The notes below the pieces were generated by a model. The model saw nothing but the letters and a program-made list of their open reading frames with translations, ran no database searches and was not told the origin of the DNA. This document shows, piece after piece, positions 51,839 through 64,000 of a stretch of 64,000 nucleotides of DNA. The position numbers and the translations under genes are program-made. Origin of the DNA: Phoronis australis. Lineage: Eukaryota > Animalia > Phoronida. The DNA is taken from positions 25,270-89,269 of the forward strand of contig NMRA01000943.1 in the NCBI GenBank assembly GCA_002633005.1. The letters are read 5' to 3'. Position 1 is the first letter of the stretch; every line of letters begins with the position of its first letter.

Positions 51839-52569
51839 ACTGGAAAGAAAAACAAACAGTCACCTGCATTATTACAACTGACGACGCAGGATATATTATT
51901 CATTCACGGCAAATTTACTTCCTGTTTAACCTCTTTTACTAGCGTGATCCGTTGGGGGGCAAGTGTCGCCCCTAATTACCCGCGTTATTACGACCGAAAC
52001 TTTGCTCGTCTTTTACAATGTTACGCGTTAGCACGACTTACAAAGTGCACGTAGTCCGGAGCACCTCGAGTAACTGCGTAGCCTTTAAACAAATGTGATG
52101 GCTACAGGAACATCCCGGGCTGTTCTTATTGTATGCGTGCATGCAACTGAGTTTTTTCCCGTTTGGAGAAAGTCAATTGTTGCATTAGCAAAGCCTTCCA
52201 TAGGTACTCTTATAATGGAGGCAGTTTGTGCATCAGTGTAACTGTGTGATGCTGTGTACCGCTGAACGCTAACAATCTATTGCTATTCTGCGATTGAAAA
52301 CCGCACTCGTCTAGAATACTCTGCGTGAAATCAACATGGAGGATTGGAAAAACCAGCTACTGGTGTGACAGACGCATGCGCTGCCGAGGAGTTGGGGGAG
52401 AATTCGTCAGTTTTAGATAAAAGAAAATAATACTCACTTCCCCCGCTCACTTTGTGCTTAAAGACAACGTACGGTACGATCTTCTATCAAAATATGATGA
52501 CAAATACACGTACATGTAAATAAAGATCTACTTACGACCTTTGATGGAGTTTTTGATATGATTCCGTTT

Positions 52570-52755
52570 TAGACACACACACACACATAAGATACAACTT
52601 GCTCATACACTGTATAGACACACACACACATAAGATACAACTTGCTCATACACTGTATTTAGCGAATTCTTGACCCACAGTCACCACCGACGAGATCACG
52701 TAGCAAGCGGGAATGTCATTTAAGCTGTACATGTACATGTACATGTACATGTACG
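52570..52755 (+). repeat. ~44-bp tandem duplication plus (TACATG)n tract
   Basis: TAGACACACACACACATAAGATACAACTTGCTCATACACTGTAT twice; TGTACA/TACATG repeats at 52727-52755. Confidence 0.8.
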
Positions 52756-54751
52756 TGTATACGTAACTGCCCACTGTGCGTTTTATTGCAAACATGATGT
52801 TCACGCATTGAGTGTAATGCGACTGAGGAACGAAAACAACAATACTCGAATGTGCATGGAACACCCCGGCCAACCCGCGATCGAGAACGAAATTTGGCGC
52901 AAGAAGCGAAGCCAGGCAAGGTGAGTAAATTTGATGAATTTTCGTTGTTTTCACTTCCAATGTGAAAACAGAGACATGAGTTCAAAGCGTAACACATTGA
53001 GGAAGGGCAGGTAGAGGTTTAGGCTAATGTCTCTTCCAATTATAAAGTTACGTTGACCGAAGCATCGCATGAGCCGAAGGTGATTTGTATGTCATTTTGG
53101 CAAATTACCGTTATTTTTGGCACTAAATCAATCAATTGACCATGGAGTTATGAAGAAATGACGTGTGAAAATTTAACGCAACGCTTGTTTTTTGTATTTT
53201 GTCAGGATCTCTGATTTTTCGACGCTTTTCTGTTGAAAGATGCGATCGAGAACGCAATGATAAGCTACCGGGAACGCAAATTTGTATTTGTTTATGCGAT
53301 CGGGAACGCATTGTGGTGTGTCGAACAGTAATGAACTTTAAAACGTGAAAAAGGTTACAAAATAAGTGTGGTGCAATGAATTAATCACATTTTGCGTCAT
53401 TACTGTGTTATTTTCGTATCAAAACTGAACAACAGCATAACATTTCCATTAAATTGCCATGAGCACTACATGTACATCAAGCACAAAATAATTTATTTTC
53501 ATTGCAGGAAACAAGTTCACTGTTATTGTGAGACGAGCTTCAACGAAGATGTTACCCACGACGTGAAGGTAAACTCTACCAGGGTTTTTAAAAACAGAAA
53601 TCTACTTTTAGACGAAACCACTGAGAACAAAGGGTTCTAAACTGAAGACCTGCCCAGCAGTTGTTCCATTTGGCCTGTCAGACAGAGATAACCAAATTGT
53701 TGCAGCAGATGAAAGCGAGTGTAGAATCTTCTTCTAGAATTGTGACACCAAAAGGAAAAAAACAAATAGCCAGTGAAGTCAAAGAATGATGATGGTCTTG
53801 CCCATGGATAGAGACTGGAGGAGAGTTTAGCAACACTTAACGAGATGATTCAAAGATTCCCACTCATAAACGTCTGGGATCTAAAAATTGGCCTGAAGTT
53901 GTGTAAACTGATGTGCTGATAAAACGTGTGGGATTTTACTTGATGTTTTACTAATAACACTGATACAGATTGATTTGTGGCGCCCGTGTGGCTTGAATGT
54001 ACGTTGTGTTTGACCTCTTCTGTTTTGTTGCCTTGGTACTAAGTTCACCTGCACCATCAGTTCATGATCTCCAGTTTAATGTGACATTGAAAAAGATTGA
54101 GAGTTATAATACACGTAATATGTTGTGATTTTCTCAAAATGTGGTCAACATGTTGTCATTAACATCACCTCCACTATACACTGTAGTGATTTACGCAGGA
54201 AATCAACAACAATATTATAGCATTTCTATTATAATATCAATGTTTTATCACACATATCTCAAACTTGGTCTTAGAAAAATATATAAAATATTGCTTTAGG
54301 GAAATCAACATTACAAATCCATTGAACATTTCCCTCGAATTACTTTTGGAATCTATTAAACTAAATCATCACTGAATCTTAGACTATGTATTTATAGCCG
54401 TATAATAGTCTCTCACTAAGAAATCAACAACAATATCAAAGCAATTTCTACAATAATCATAGACAAATATTTTCTTTTAAAATAATAACTGGTCAGAACA
54501 ATTGTATGTAAGTATTACCTAATGACACTTAGTATGGCCATTTAAATCTACCTCAACACTACAAAAAAATGTACTGGTTCTGTTAAAGATCGTTTTGAAA
54601 TAACACAAATATAGAAAGAAACGTGAGAAAAAAAGGATCAAAACAAAACGTCAAAATACTATAACATCAGACAACTACCAACCATAAACTCCGTAAATCT
54701 GAATAAACTATAATGACTTAACAACCTTCACCACTGGACTTAATGATTTCA

Positions 54752-55183
54752 TTAATGACGTTTCTGCGTGCTATGCCTGTAGAAGGAGGCATATATGTAC
54801 TGTTTGCATGACATGCCACATTCACCACAAAAAGGAGTGCCCTCGTGCTGTGACGCAGTGTTGCATCAGGCTCACTCATTCCGTGAAACATTGGTCACAA
54901 ATAGGACACTGAGTCGACTTGGTTCCTGAGCACGATGCTTCATGTTGTGTTTTACTATATTGGTGAAACAACTCTTGAGAACACAACGCGTCAATCACAG
55001 GGTTGGTAAAGGTCTTGCTTGTAGTAGTGTCACTGTGTTTTATTGTCATGTGGTCATACTAAGTCGATTTCTCAGTTTCTGAACAAGGCTCCACAGCATA
55101 CACACACTTTTTGTGACATGCAGCAGTTGTACTACTCTTTTTGAAGGCGTGGACGTTAACACCCTGAAGGACATCTGGTGTGG
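54752..55183 (-). pseudogene. Degenerate C2H2 zinc-finger coding remnant
   Basis: Minus strand reads …LCSQELFHQYSKTQHEASCSGTKSTQCPICDQCFTE*VSLMQHCVTA, then (frameshift) FCGECG…FYRH; in-frame stop and frameshift. Confidence 0.45.
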
Positions 55184-57794
55184 CTACAATTCAACTGAAA
55201 AAATCAAAACGCATGCAGTCATGTTTGTTTGGCTAAATCTCACTTTGAAATCATGAAAAAANNNNNNNNNNNNNNNNNNNNNNNNNNNNNNNNNNNNNNN
55301 NNNNNNNNNNNNNNNNNNNNNNNNNNNNNNNNNNNNNNNNNNNNNNNNNNNNNNNNNNNNNNNNNNNNNNNNNNNNNNNNNNNNNNNNNNNNNNNNNNNN
55401 NNNNNNNNNNNNNNNNNNNNNNNNNNNNNNNNNNNNNNNNNNNNNNNNNNNNNNNNNNNNNNNNNNNNNNNNNNNNNNNNNNNNNNNNNNNNNNNNNNNN
55501 NNNNNNNNNNNNNNNNNNNNNNNNNNNNNNNNNNNNNNNNNNNNNNNNNNNNNNNNNNNNNNNNNNNNNNNNNNNNNNNNNNNNNNNNNNNNNNNNNNNN
55601 NNNNNNNNNNNNNNNNNNNNNNNNNNNNNNNNNNNNNNNNNNNNNNNNNNNNNNNNNNNNNNNNNNNNNNNNNNNNNNNNNNNNNNNNNNNNNNNNNNNN
55701 NNNNNNNNNNNNNNNNNNNNNNNNNNNNNNNNNNNNNNNNNNNNNNNNNNNNNNNNNNNNNNNNNNNNNNNNNNNNNNNNNNNNNNNNNNNNNNNNNNNN
55801 NNNNNNNNNNNCGGGTACTGAAGAATGTATCAAACGGCACCAGAGGTCCAATTGAATCTGCTGTATCTCATTGAAATGGTGAATATTTAAATTTGTAGCA
55901 AGCGCCACCTTGTGTCTTCCTGGAGAGCTGTGTAAAGAAACAATTCGTAAATAAAATGCGGTTTTAGAGAAAACACGACTGAAACACTTAGAAACAATTG
56001 TGAACAAACAAATTCAAATTATTGCGCAATCGTTATTTGATAGCGAAACGAACACATCAATAAAAACTATGCCTTGTTTTATTAAGGTAACGATGAAGTT
56101 TTTGTTTTTTCATTTTTTGGTTTTGTCCCAAAGGGGGTAGGGTTAAACCCCCTGAACCCCCCACAGGTCCACCACTACTGAATATATGTACACTGTATGT
56201 ATGGTGTGTTGAAGATCTTATGGTGTTGCTGGCTAGTGACTAGCCTTATTAAAATGTACAACAAATCAGTTAACGCTTCGATAATCTTCCCCACAGACAT
56301 TCTCGAACTTTCTCAACAACATTGCGTGGATACTAAGGAAAACAATAATTGCATCTTCGTGGTCATATATAACCCAAATGCGAACACTTTGCGGTTTTGC
56401 TGTACCAAACCACAGTTTATATTTCTATGTACATGCAAGCCTAACTTGCAAACTTTCGCCAAGTTTTGGATTGTCTCGTTTTAATATCAAAATAATGTTT
56501 TGTTGTTAGCATGGAGCGTAACTCAAAACAAACATTAGTGAATACATGTACATGTAGATGTTCTTATAACCACAAGCACCTCCTGGTGGCGAGAAACAAT
56601 TTATCTTAATTTCATGGGAGATCCTCTCTCTACCTCTCACTCTCAGTTGACTGACGGACGTGAAAGACAATCCTCTACTGATCCCTGCCCCCTGCACATA
56701 ATCTTACACCCCTATGGTAACTGTGTATACACAGTAATCATTGCTGTCTCCTGCTTTCACGCGTACTGAGCTTCAAAGAGGCCTGTTCCATGAGTCTTCG
56801 TCTGTAGTAGCAGCGTTTATTTAATTCCACTGTTGTCAAAGTGTTCATAACGCGCATTGAGACAGAAATATATTACTCAATAAAATTGTGTTGTTACAAA
56901 ACGCGAAGTAGTTTCTCGAGACATAAAGTTCCGAGACCACACTTTGATTGGCCGATGTCTTCGAAATCACAAAATACATTGTACGTCAACAAAAGCCTTT
57001 GCGCTTTTTATACACTTCATAATCATTTTACGTCGCTGAATGACTTACCCATAAAACTTACCTACATGCAAATATGCTCTGGCGCAAGGCTGGTGGTAAA
57101 AACAGAAAGTGACACAAGAAGATCTGAAATACCGGATTGTTAGCGTGGTCACGGAAGTACATGTTTATGTGGTTTCACGAGTGGCTACCAATGGCGCCCT
57201 TTTCAACTAAACTTAGGGACAGAGCACGTTGACGTGAATGCACATTCTAATTTATTATTTTCCCTCTGTCGTATACTCGTTTACAATATACTGCATGTAA
57301 CTTCAAGATGATCTGTTTTAATATCATATATTTGTTTAAACATTTAAATTAAAATACAAATACGCGGAGAACAGTTATCATATGGTACAAAAATAAATTA
57401 ATATCAATTCTAACATAAATGTACGTAAATTCTATACATTAGCTTGGAGATAAAGATCAAAAGCAATTACATGTTATACAGATACAGTGTATAGAGTAGA
57501 AATATGCAAACGTTAAAATGCATGTTTTTATATGTGGGTGTGTTTTTAACCGAGGTTGGTGCCCCGTGTTAAGGCAACTACATTTCACCCCAGTATGGAC
57601 ACTGTGTGCATGGATATGTGATTTCCATTATCATACACTGCATATACAGGTCATGGACACGATTCCAATAAAACGGACCAACCTTCATTTCAGCCAATTT
57701 AATATAAAACTTAACATTTGTCTCAAGAAAGAACTCTCAATTTCGATTTAAGTTTTGAGTAAAGTTATTTATGTCTTAATTTTGACTAACTCAT

Positions 57795-58873
57795 CGGATG
57801 TGCCACAGTGTCAAAGTTTGGGACCACCATGACCCTGCGTCTGAAAAAGATCACATCTTAAGAGATATAATAGCCTTAAGTATACCTACTGTTAAGAAAT
57901 CAAGCCAATAATTTTAAATATATATACAGTATATATGTATTTCTGTTATCGGGGTTGTACGTAATGGATGGAAGACCGTTTCAGCCGCCGTCGTGTTTAC
58001 CAGTAGGGTACTGCGGAGTTGTGAGGAAAGTCCGCGGAGAGCCGCCTTTTCAGACATGAGAATGTGCGTTTGTGAAGGTTGTAGTAACAACAACTTGACT
58101 GAGAACGTCTCTGTGTTCAAATTTACTAAATACGTGTAAGTTGCACATAAATGACATCGGTTTGTGCGATGCACGAGAGTGTGGAATGTCAGGGTGGAAC
58201 ATGCGATTCAGTCGCGAGCCAGTTTGTTCGGCACAATTCAAGCACTTGTGTTTCGATCAAACACAATAGCAGCGTACGATGAAAGACTCGCCACCTTGTA
58301 AGTGTATTTTCAAATTTAATAAATAACGAGCAAACTGCTTCCATTCTGGGGCTAGTGTTGCCAGGCCTTCGACCCCAACCCAGATCAAGTGTTATGACAC
58401 GTGAGCGCGTGCATGGTATAGACCTAGTATAGACCGTGCTCCTTCCAACATGGCAACAGTGAATACTGATGACCCAGGCTTACTTTGGCCTTTGCCAGTG
58501 ATTATTAAGTGTCTATTTCGTGAAAATTGACCACTCCTTGGTTTATTTGGTTGTGGCTGACATGTGTCTGCAGCATTTCTCGTGCAAGTGGGTCGAGTTC
58601 TTACCACCTCAAACTCAACTAAATTTTGCTAAGTGGAAAATCGCATTGATTGTTTGATTGTGAGATGACCGTATCCGGCTTCTCTTTGTATCTATGATAA
58701 TTGTGCAGTTCTCGCTCAAAATCGTGCACGCCTTTTGATCTGCTGCTTTTCGCCATCGCAACTGATGGTCACGTGACCAGACGTCTTCCACCCATTACAT
58801 AACTTGTTCTGCTTCAAAGTTAAAAAAAATCAAGACTCAAAAACTACGAAAATGCACAGTGGGAACAGTTTAA
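57795..58873. mobile_element. Second Kolobok-like relic with a THAP pseudogene (+, 58056-~58300)
   Basis: MRMCVCEGCSNNNLTENVSVFKFTKYV*VAHK*HRFVRCTRVW…VCSAQF is clearly homologous to the 40.5-kb THAP. Convergent minus-strand MAKSS…DFERELHNY remnant; right end …CACAGTGGGAACAGT|TTAA. Left end approximate. Confidence 0.62.
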
Positions 58874-59277
58874 GTAAAAATGAACTTAAGTCAGTGTTAT
58901 AAAACGGGCTCCTTGAACATGCCGAAATCAGATCTTGTCTTAAGGTTTTTGCCTGAAGTTTGTTCTCGGGCATTCAAACTTATCAACACGCTAGAAAGTT
59001 TTACCATCTCTGGTCCATCTTATCAGACCATTTACCTCAAATCTGCCAGTAAAACTCACCTATAAGCACTATGTGCACTTATTCAGGCATTTGTTAGCAG
59101 TGTTCTGGGGCATGGGCCACGCTTCTTGGCCCTGAGGTATGACAAAAACTAAATTGTTTACTGGATATACACGCCTAAAACTGTACATAAACATGGTAAT
59201 ACACAACCTGATTGCACTAAAATAACTTAACATATATACAGTAAAGTTGACAGCTGCCTATGGTCGACTCAAATCAA

Positions 59278-61248
59278 TTAACTAGGCTTATTGTTGCCAA
59301 AGATATCCTGACACAGTGCAGGGTGGTTGGCGTGGAGGAAGTCATAGACAGCCTCCACCCTGACCCCTTGCTCCACAGAACGAGCCTTGACTACCTCTTG
59401 GGAAACGAAATGAAAATCTGGCAAATCCGGAAATCCACGTGTCTGTATCGCGGCGACGCACGCCTCATGTTTGTCATCGGGTACAAAACCAGGACTTCCT
59501 GAGCTGCCTTTGCCAAACTGTAGACTTGTTCGGTAAAGAACTCGTCGTGGGTCATCGATTTGTGGGAATACGGCACGGCCAGGAAATGTCCGCTGTGCCC
59601 ATTGGTTTAACTCAGAAACCTGAAATTACAAATTAAACGTTTTTTACGACGGCGAGCCCACGGAAAGTACAGCGACGCCAGCGCCCTCAGTGGGAGGTGC
59701 AGAAGCACAGTCTGTCATCAAGGATCGTAGATTTTTTTAAACAATAGTTTCCCACAAGACTGGAAAGTCCTGGAGACTATTTCAATGTTGGGTATGTCTA
59801 TAAACTGAAAACTGTTGACGACAACTGGAAGTATCTACACTTTGAACAATGACCCCCCGCGTGGGTAAGTATAGAGGCAAAGCCTTGGTACTTTTACTTT
59901 AACACAAACAAACAGGATTCCGAGACTGTCAAGTTATTTCAACAGTTGAAGGCTGCAGTTGATGAAGTGACGTTTTGTAATGACATTCCGTAGACATTAA
60001 ACATGACCATTACTTGACACAAAACGTTATGCCTACCGTTCTCTGGAATTCACCCGGCTCCATGTGCGCAACACGGCAATGGATTTCCACAACCTTCTGA
60101 TCACCGTCTGGATGTCCAGCAAAATGTAGATGTTCTTGATTTACGATAGCCTTAAACCTGCTTAGCGGTGGCGGAAGTGGAGAGCGCACGTCCACGGGTT
60201 TGCAGTGGTTGAATGGCGCCGGAAGTGGCGCGCTCAAATCTAGTTCTAGAACAGCTACATCCAAACCTGGGTCATGTGCCACCAGTTGCTTGATGGGTAC
60301 CGCAACAACTCTGCCCATTGACTGTATTAACGGCTTGTTATAATGAAACAGAGCCGCATTACATCCAACTGAAACAAATATTCAAATGCAGCGGAATTCG
60401 ATTACATTTTACAACATTCCAACCAAGCCATATAAACTAGTTTCGGTGGCGGCCATTTTGCTTTCGAAACCTTGCACTAGCTTGATAGTGCCAAACACTG
60501 CAACTGGTGATGAACAAGTATACATGTAACAACAACAATTCCAAGAGTAGACAACAAAGTTCGCATACAGAAACATCTAGTAAGACTTCTTGTACGATCA
60601 AACGTGACATTTCAGATCATGAATTTTATACTCTGGCTTGTTCATACTTTGGCGTGAACAAAAGCTTCGATACGAATATCAAAGAAACAACAGTTGTTGT
60701 ATTTGTTTTTCTCTTATTTAAGCAATAGTTCCAGGTAACGGTTCAGCAATGGCTGAATAGCAGAACATGCAGAGAAAGTAATGTTTCACATTTTTCCCAA
60801 GTGGTCAGAACAGACTAGTCGTCATCACAGTGCATTAGATTGGCAAGTGACGATACACAGCGCAACTCTGGGGACAACTGAAAATAGGCCTATAAATCTA
60901 ACCCAACTCTTAAAATGCGGTCCTTGATTACAGCAGGGGAAGTGGAACCATTATACATGTGTCCTAGACGAATTACAAAAACCCGGATTCATATATTCAC
61001 TCAACAGTCAACGTACTTACTGGGGACATTCAGGCATTGGTACACGTGATAGTTTGTAATCACATAATTGCGCCCTACTCGGAAGCCGGACCCAACTCCT
61101 TGTGCGTCCGCCCGTGCAAGTAGAACAACCGACTTCAGCGCATTGGCCAATGACTCGTGGAGCTCAGCTGATATCACGTTCTGACCCCGTTCAGGAAACT
61201 TGTCCAAAAGACAGGACTGCCTTACGGGCACAACTAGTGGGAAATAGT
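59278..61248 (-). CDS. FAM111-like trypsin-2 family serine protease, 5'-partial; complement(join(59278-59619,60037-60368,61021-61248))
   Basis: Catalytic triad motifs GSGFRVGRNYVITNYHV (His), LDVAVLEL (Asp), FGKGSSGSPG (Ser); HFAGHPDGDQK and VEQGV as in FAM111-type proteases; consistent GT-AG phases. Confidence 0.82.
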
Positions 61249-62699
61249 CTGAAAATGAGATGAATCGTCCTTAAACAGTGTATTTTAAGTACATGAAACT
61301 TGTAAACTTAGACGGGCAGTTACCATACACTTAAATTCACAAAATCGGCATTTATTTCGTTTTGATAGACCTACAATCCCCTGTAAACGAGCAAAATCTT
61401 GTTGACGTATACACCTGTACGCTGTTCCCCTCTAGCGAACATAGTTTGCCCTCATGAACCACTTTTCACTGCGTGGCGGACAAACACGCCCTATTCCCGT
61501 GCATTATTCCTCCATTGCTGAGCGATACCACTTCCCCACCCACAGTCAAACTCGTTGATGTTCATTTTATTTTTAAAATAAACCACTTGACGATTTCAGT
61601 ACCTAACTATCATATAACAACGCACTTTTCTCACTATAATCGGTGATTGTCATCAACTTTCTTTAATTTCGTGGAGAATTATCATTAGTAATCACTTGTG
61701 TTGTTTGCAGCAAACGAGAATATACGAGAAAACAAGGACATGCCACACATACATGTAATTTTGTGCAAAAATAACATCTTCTTTACATCATTAACCACCT
61801 TGTAATTATGAGATATTGGTTCTTAACAAAGATGTCGAAATTTTACAAAGTTAATGATTGCAATCAAAACTCATATAGTTGAATTTCTTGACCATTAGTT
61901 TATGTTACAGGAAGCCAATACGTAGCTAGTTTCTACGTAATTCCTAGTCCTGGCTCGTAATACACTGACAATAGCCATTGATAACAATGGCATGCTTTCC
62001 GTTCAGAAGGCAATTGAAAAAAGCCACACAATTTACGAAATCATTTGCATATACGCTAAACCAAAAGAGGACCTAAACTTGAGGAAAAACCTGCGATGTG
62101 AAAATTTAGTATGTTTTTTGTAGTCTATCACGAGTGACTCAGAATGGCAGTAGTGGTTAAATCTTTGGGTTGAAACCGAATAATCGACAATTGCTGGGAA
62201 TGTGTTTGTAAACAAGTTAGAGTTTTCAGGGGTTTACGTGCAAAGATTCGATATCAGGTCAGGGATGCCCGAGTGAAGGGAACGGCAGATTTACAAAAAC
62301 TTATTCGCGGGAAAGGTTGGTATGCTCGCAAGACGCGAAATGCAGCTATCCGGGACACGGGGGAATATAGGTTGGCGAAAAGGGAACAGCATTCGCCTGA
62401 GACAAAATTTGTAAAAAGGCAAGGCCCAGCCGCAAGGGGAGAGGGGCAAGCAAGTAATAGTCACTTCTTGTCTTTGAATACATAAGACAGGTAATGAAAT
62501 GACACAAACAACGGTACTAGTCTTCTGGAAATGATCTGTCATCGTGCACTTCGTAGCAAGCTTTCGCCACGCTATTGAGCTCTTAAGATGTCTCCATCAA
62601 AATATCGTTAGGCATAGAACTTAACGGTCTATGAATACTGGGTTTATGTATGTGTTATGTTACACTTAGTCACAATATATAATACCCATCAGCTTAGTN

Positions 62700-64000
62700 C
62701 AGATCAAGTGTTACGACACGTGAGCGCGTGCATGGTATAGACCTAGTATAGACCGTGCTCCTTCCAACATGGCAAAAGTGAATACTGGTGACCCAGGCTT
62801 ACTTTGGCCTTTGCCAGTGATTATTAAGTGTCTATTTGTGAAAATTGACCACCCCTTGGTTTAGTTGGTTGTGGCTGACATGTGTCTGCAGCATTTCTCG
62901 TGCAAGTGGGTCGAGTTCTTACGACCTCAAACTCAACTAAATTTTGCTAAGTGGAAAATCGAATTGATTGTTTGATTGTGAGATGCCCGTATCCGGTTTC
63001 TCTTTGTCTCCATGATAATTGTGCAGTTCTCGCTCAAAATCGTGCGCGCCTTTTGATCTGCTGCTTTTCGCCATCGCAACTGAGGGTCAAGTGACCAGAC
63101 GTCTTCCACCCAATACATCATTTGGCGAGAAACTTTTAGAAATAACTTGTTCTGCTTCAAAGTTAAAAAAATCAAGACTCAAAAACTAAGAAAATGCACA
63201 GTGGGAACAGTTTAAGTAAAAATGAACTTAAGTCAGTGTCATAAAACGGGCTCCATGAACATGTCAGGAAATCAGATCTTGTCTTAAGGTTTTTGCCTGA
63301 AGTTTGTTCTCGGGCATTCAAACTTATCAACAAGCTAGTAAGTTTTACCATCTCTGGTCCATCTTATCAGACCATTTATCTCAAATCTGCCAGTAAAACT
63401 CACGCTGCTTGGCCCTGAGGTATGACAAAAACTAAATTGTTTACTGGATATACATGTACATGCCTAAAACTGTACATAAACACGGTAATACACAACCTGA
63501 TTGCACTAAAATAACTTAACATATATACAGTAAGGTTGACAGCTGCCTATGGTCGACTCAAATCAATTAACTAGGCTTATTGTTGCCAAAGATATCCTGA
63601 CACAGTGCAGGGTGTTTGGTGTGGAGGAAGTCATAGACAGCCTCCACCCTGACCCCTTGCTCCACAGAACGAGCCTTGACTACCTCTTGGGAAACGAAAT
63701 GAAAATCTGGCAAATCCGGAAATCCACGTGTCTGTATCGCGGCGACGCACGCCTCATGTTTGTCATCGGGTACAAAACCAGGACTTCCTGAGCTGCCTTT
63801 GCCAAACTGTAGACTTGTTCGGTAAAGAACTCGTCGTGGGTCGTCGATTTGTGGGAATACGGCACGGCCAGGAAATGTCCGCTGTGCCCATTGGTTTAAC
63901 TCAGAAACCTGAAATTACAAATTAAACGGTTTTTACGACGGCGAGCCCACGGAAAGTACAGCGACGCCAGCGCCCTCAGTGGGAGGTGCAGAAGCACAGT
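62700..64000 (+). repeat. Direct duplicate of 58381-59711 beginning at a single-N join (probable haplotig)
   Basis: High identity with scattered SNPs and indels; starts immediately after N62699 and runs off the window. Confidence 0.85.
63567..63908 (-). CDS. Duplicate or allelic copy of the FAM111-like terminal exon
   Basis: Nearly identical to 59278-59619 (ANH->TKH plus one synonymous change); lies within the 62700-64000 duplicate. Confidence 0.65.
   Translation of the reverse strand, partial: VSELNQWAQRTFPGRAVFPQIDDPRRVLYRTSLQFGKGSSGSPGFVPDDKHEACVAAIQTRGFPDLPDFHFVSQEVVKARSVEQGVRVEAVYDFLHTKHPALCQDIFGNNKPS

Noticed and set aside
59260-59636. Plus-strand and alternate-frame ORFs duplicated at 63549-63925
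   Set aside because: Shadow frames of the FAM111-like terminal exon.

Overview
Eukaryotic, AT-rich, intron-containing draft-assembly DNA from an animal; the gene and repeat content suggests a marine invertebrate, probably a lophotrochozoan (inference). Spliced models read by eye: (1) a complete 8-coding-exon TRUB2 mitochondrial pseudouridine synthase gene (+, 1706-12808, 330 aa) with Lys at the position aligning to the catalytic Asp; (2) a convergent argininosuccinate synthase gene (-, 23124-13765) that lacks visible exons for roughly the first 99 residues and has several substitutions at conserved positions; (3) a secreted protein with two PAN/apple-like domains and a Thr-rich linker (-, 35370-31989); (4) signal peptide plus two Cys-enriched kringle exons (-, 51838-49847) that splice in frame to the C-terminal part of a trypsin domain with no visible His57 exon (-, 46980-43771); (5) the 3' part of a FAM111-like trypsin-2 protease gene (-, 61248-59278), with its last exon repeated at 63567-63908. 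Repeats include a 5'-truncated Tx1/L1-type LINE with poly(A) and a target-site duplication in a TRUB2 intron, three THAP-domain transposon relics (two Kolobok-like), a 3.6-kb TIR element, MITEs, tRNA-like cassettes and mini/microsatellites. Several apparent tandem duplications flank single-N scaffold joins and are probably assembly artefacts. No rRNA, bona fide tRNA or CRISPR array was found.
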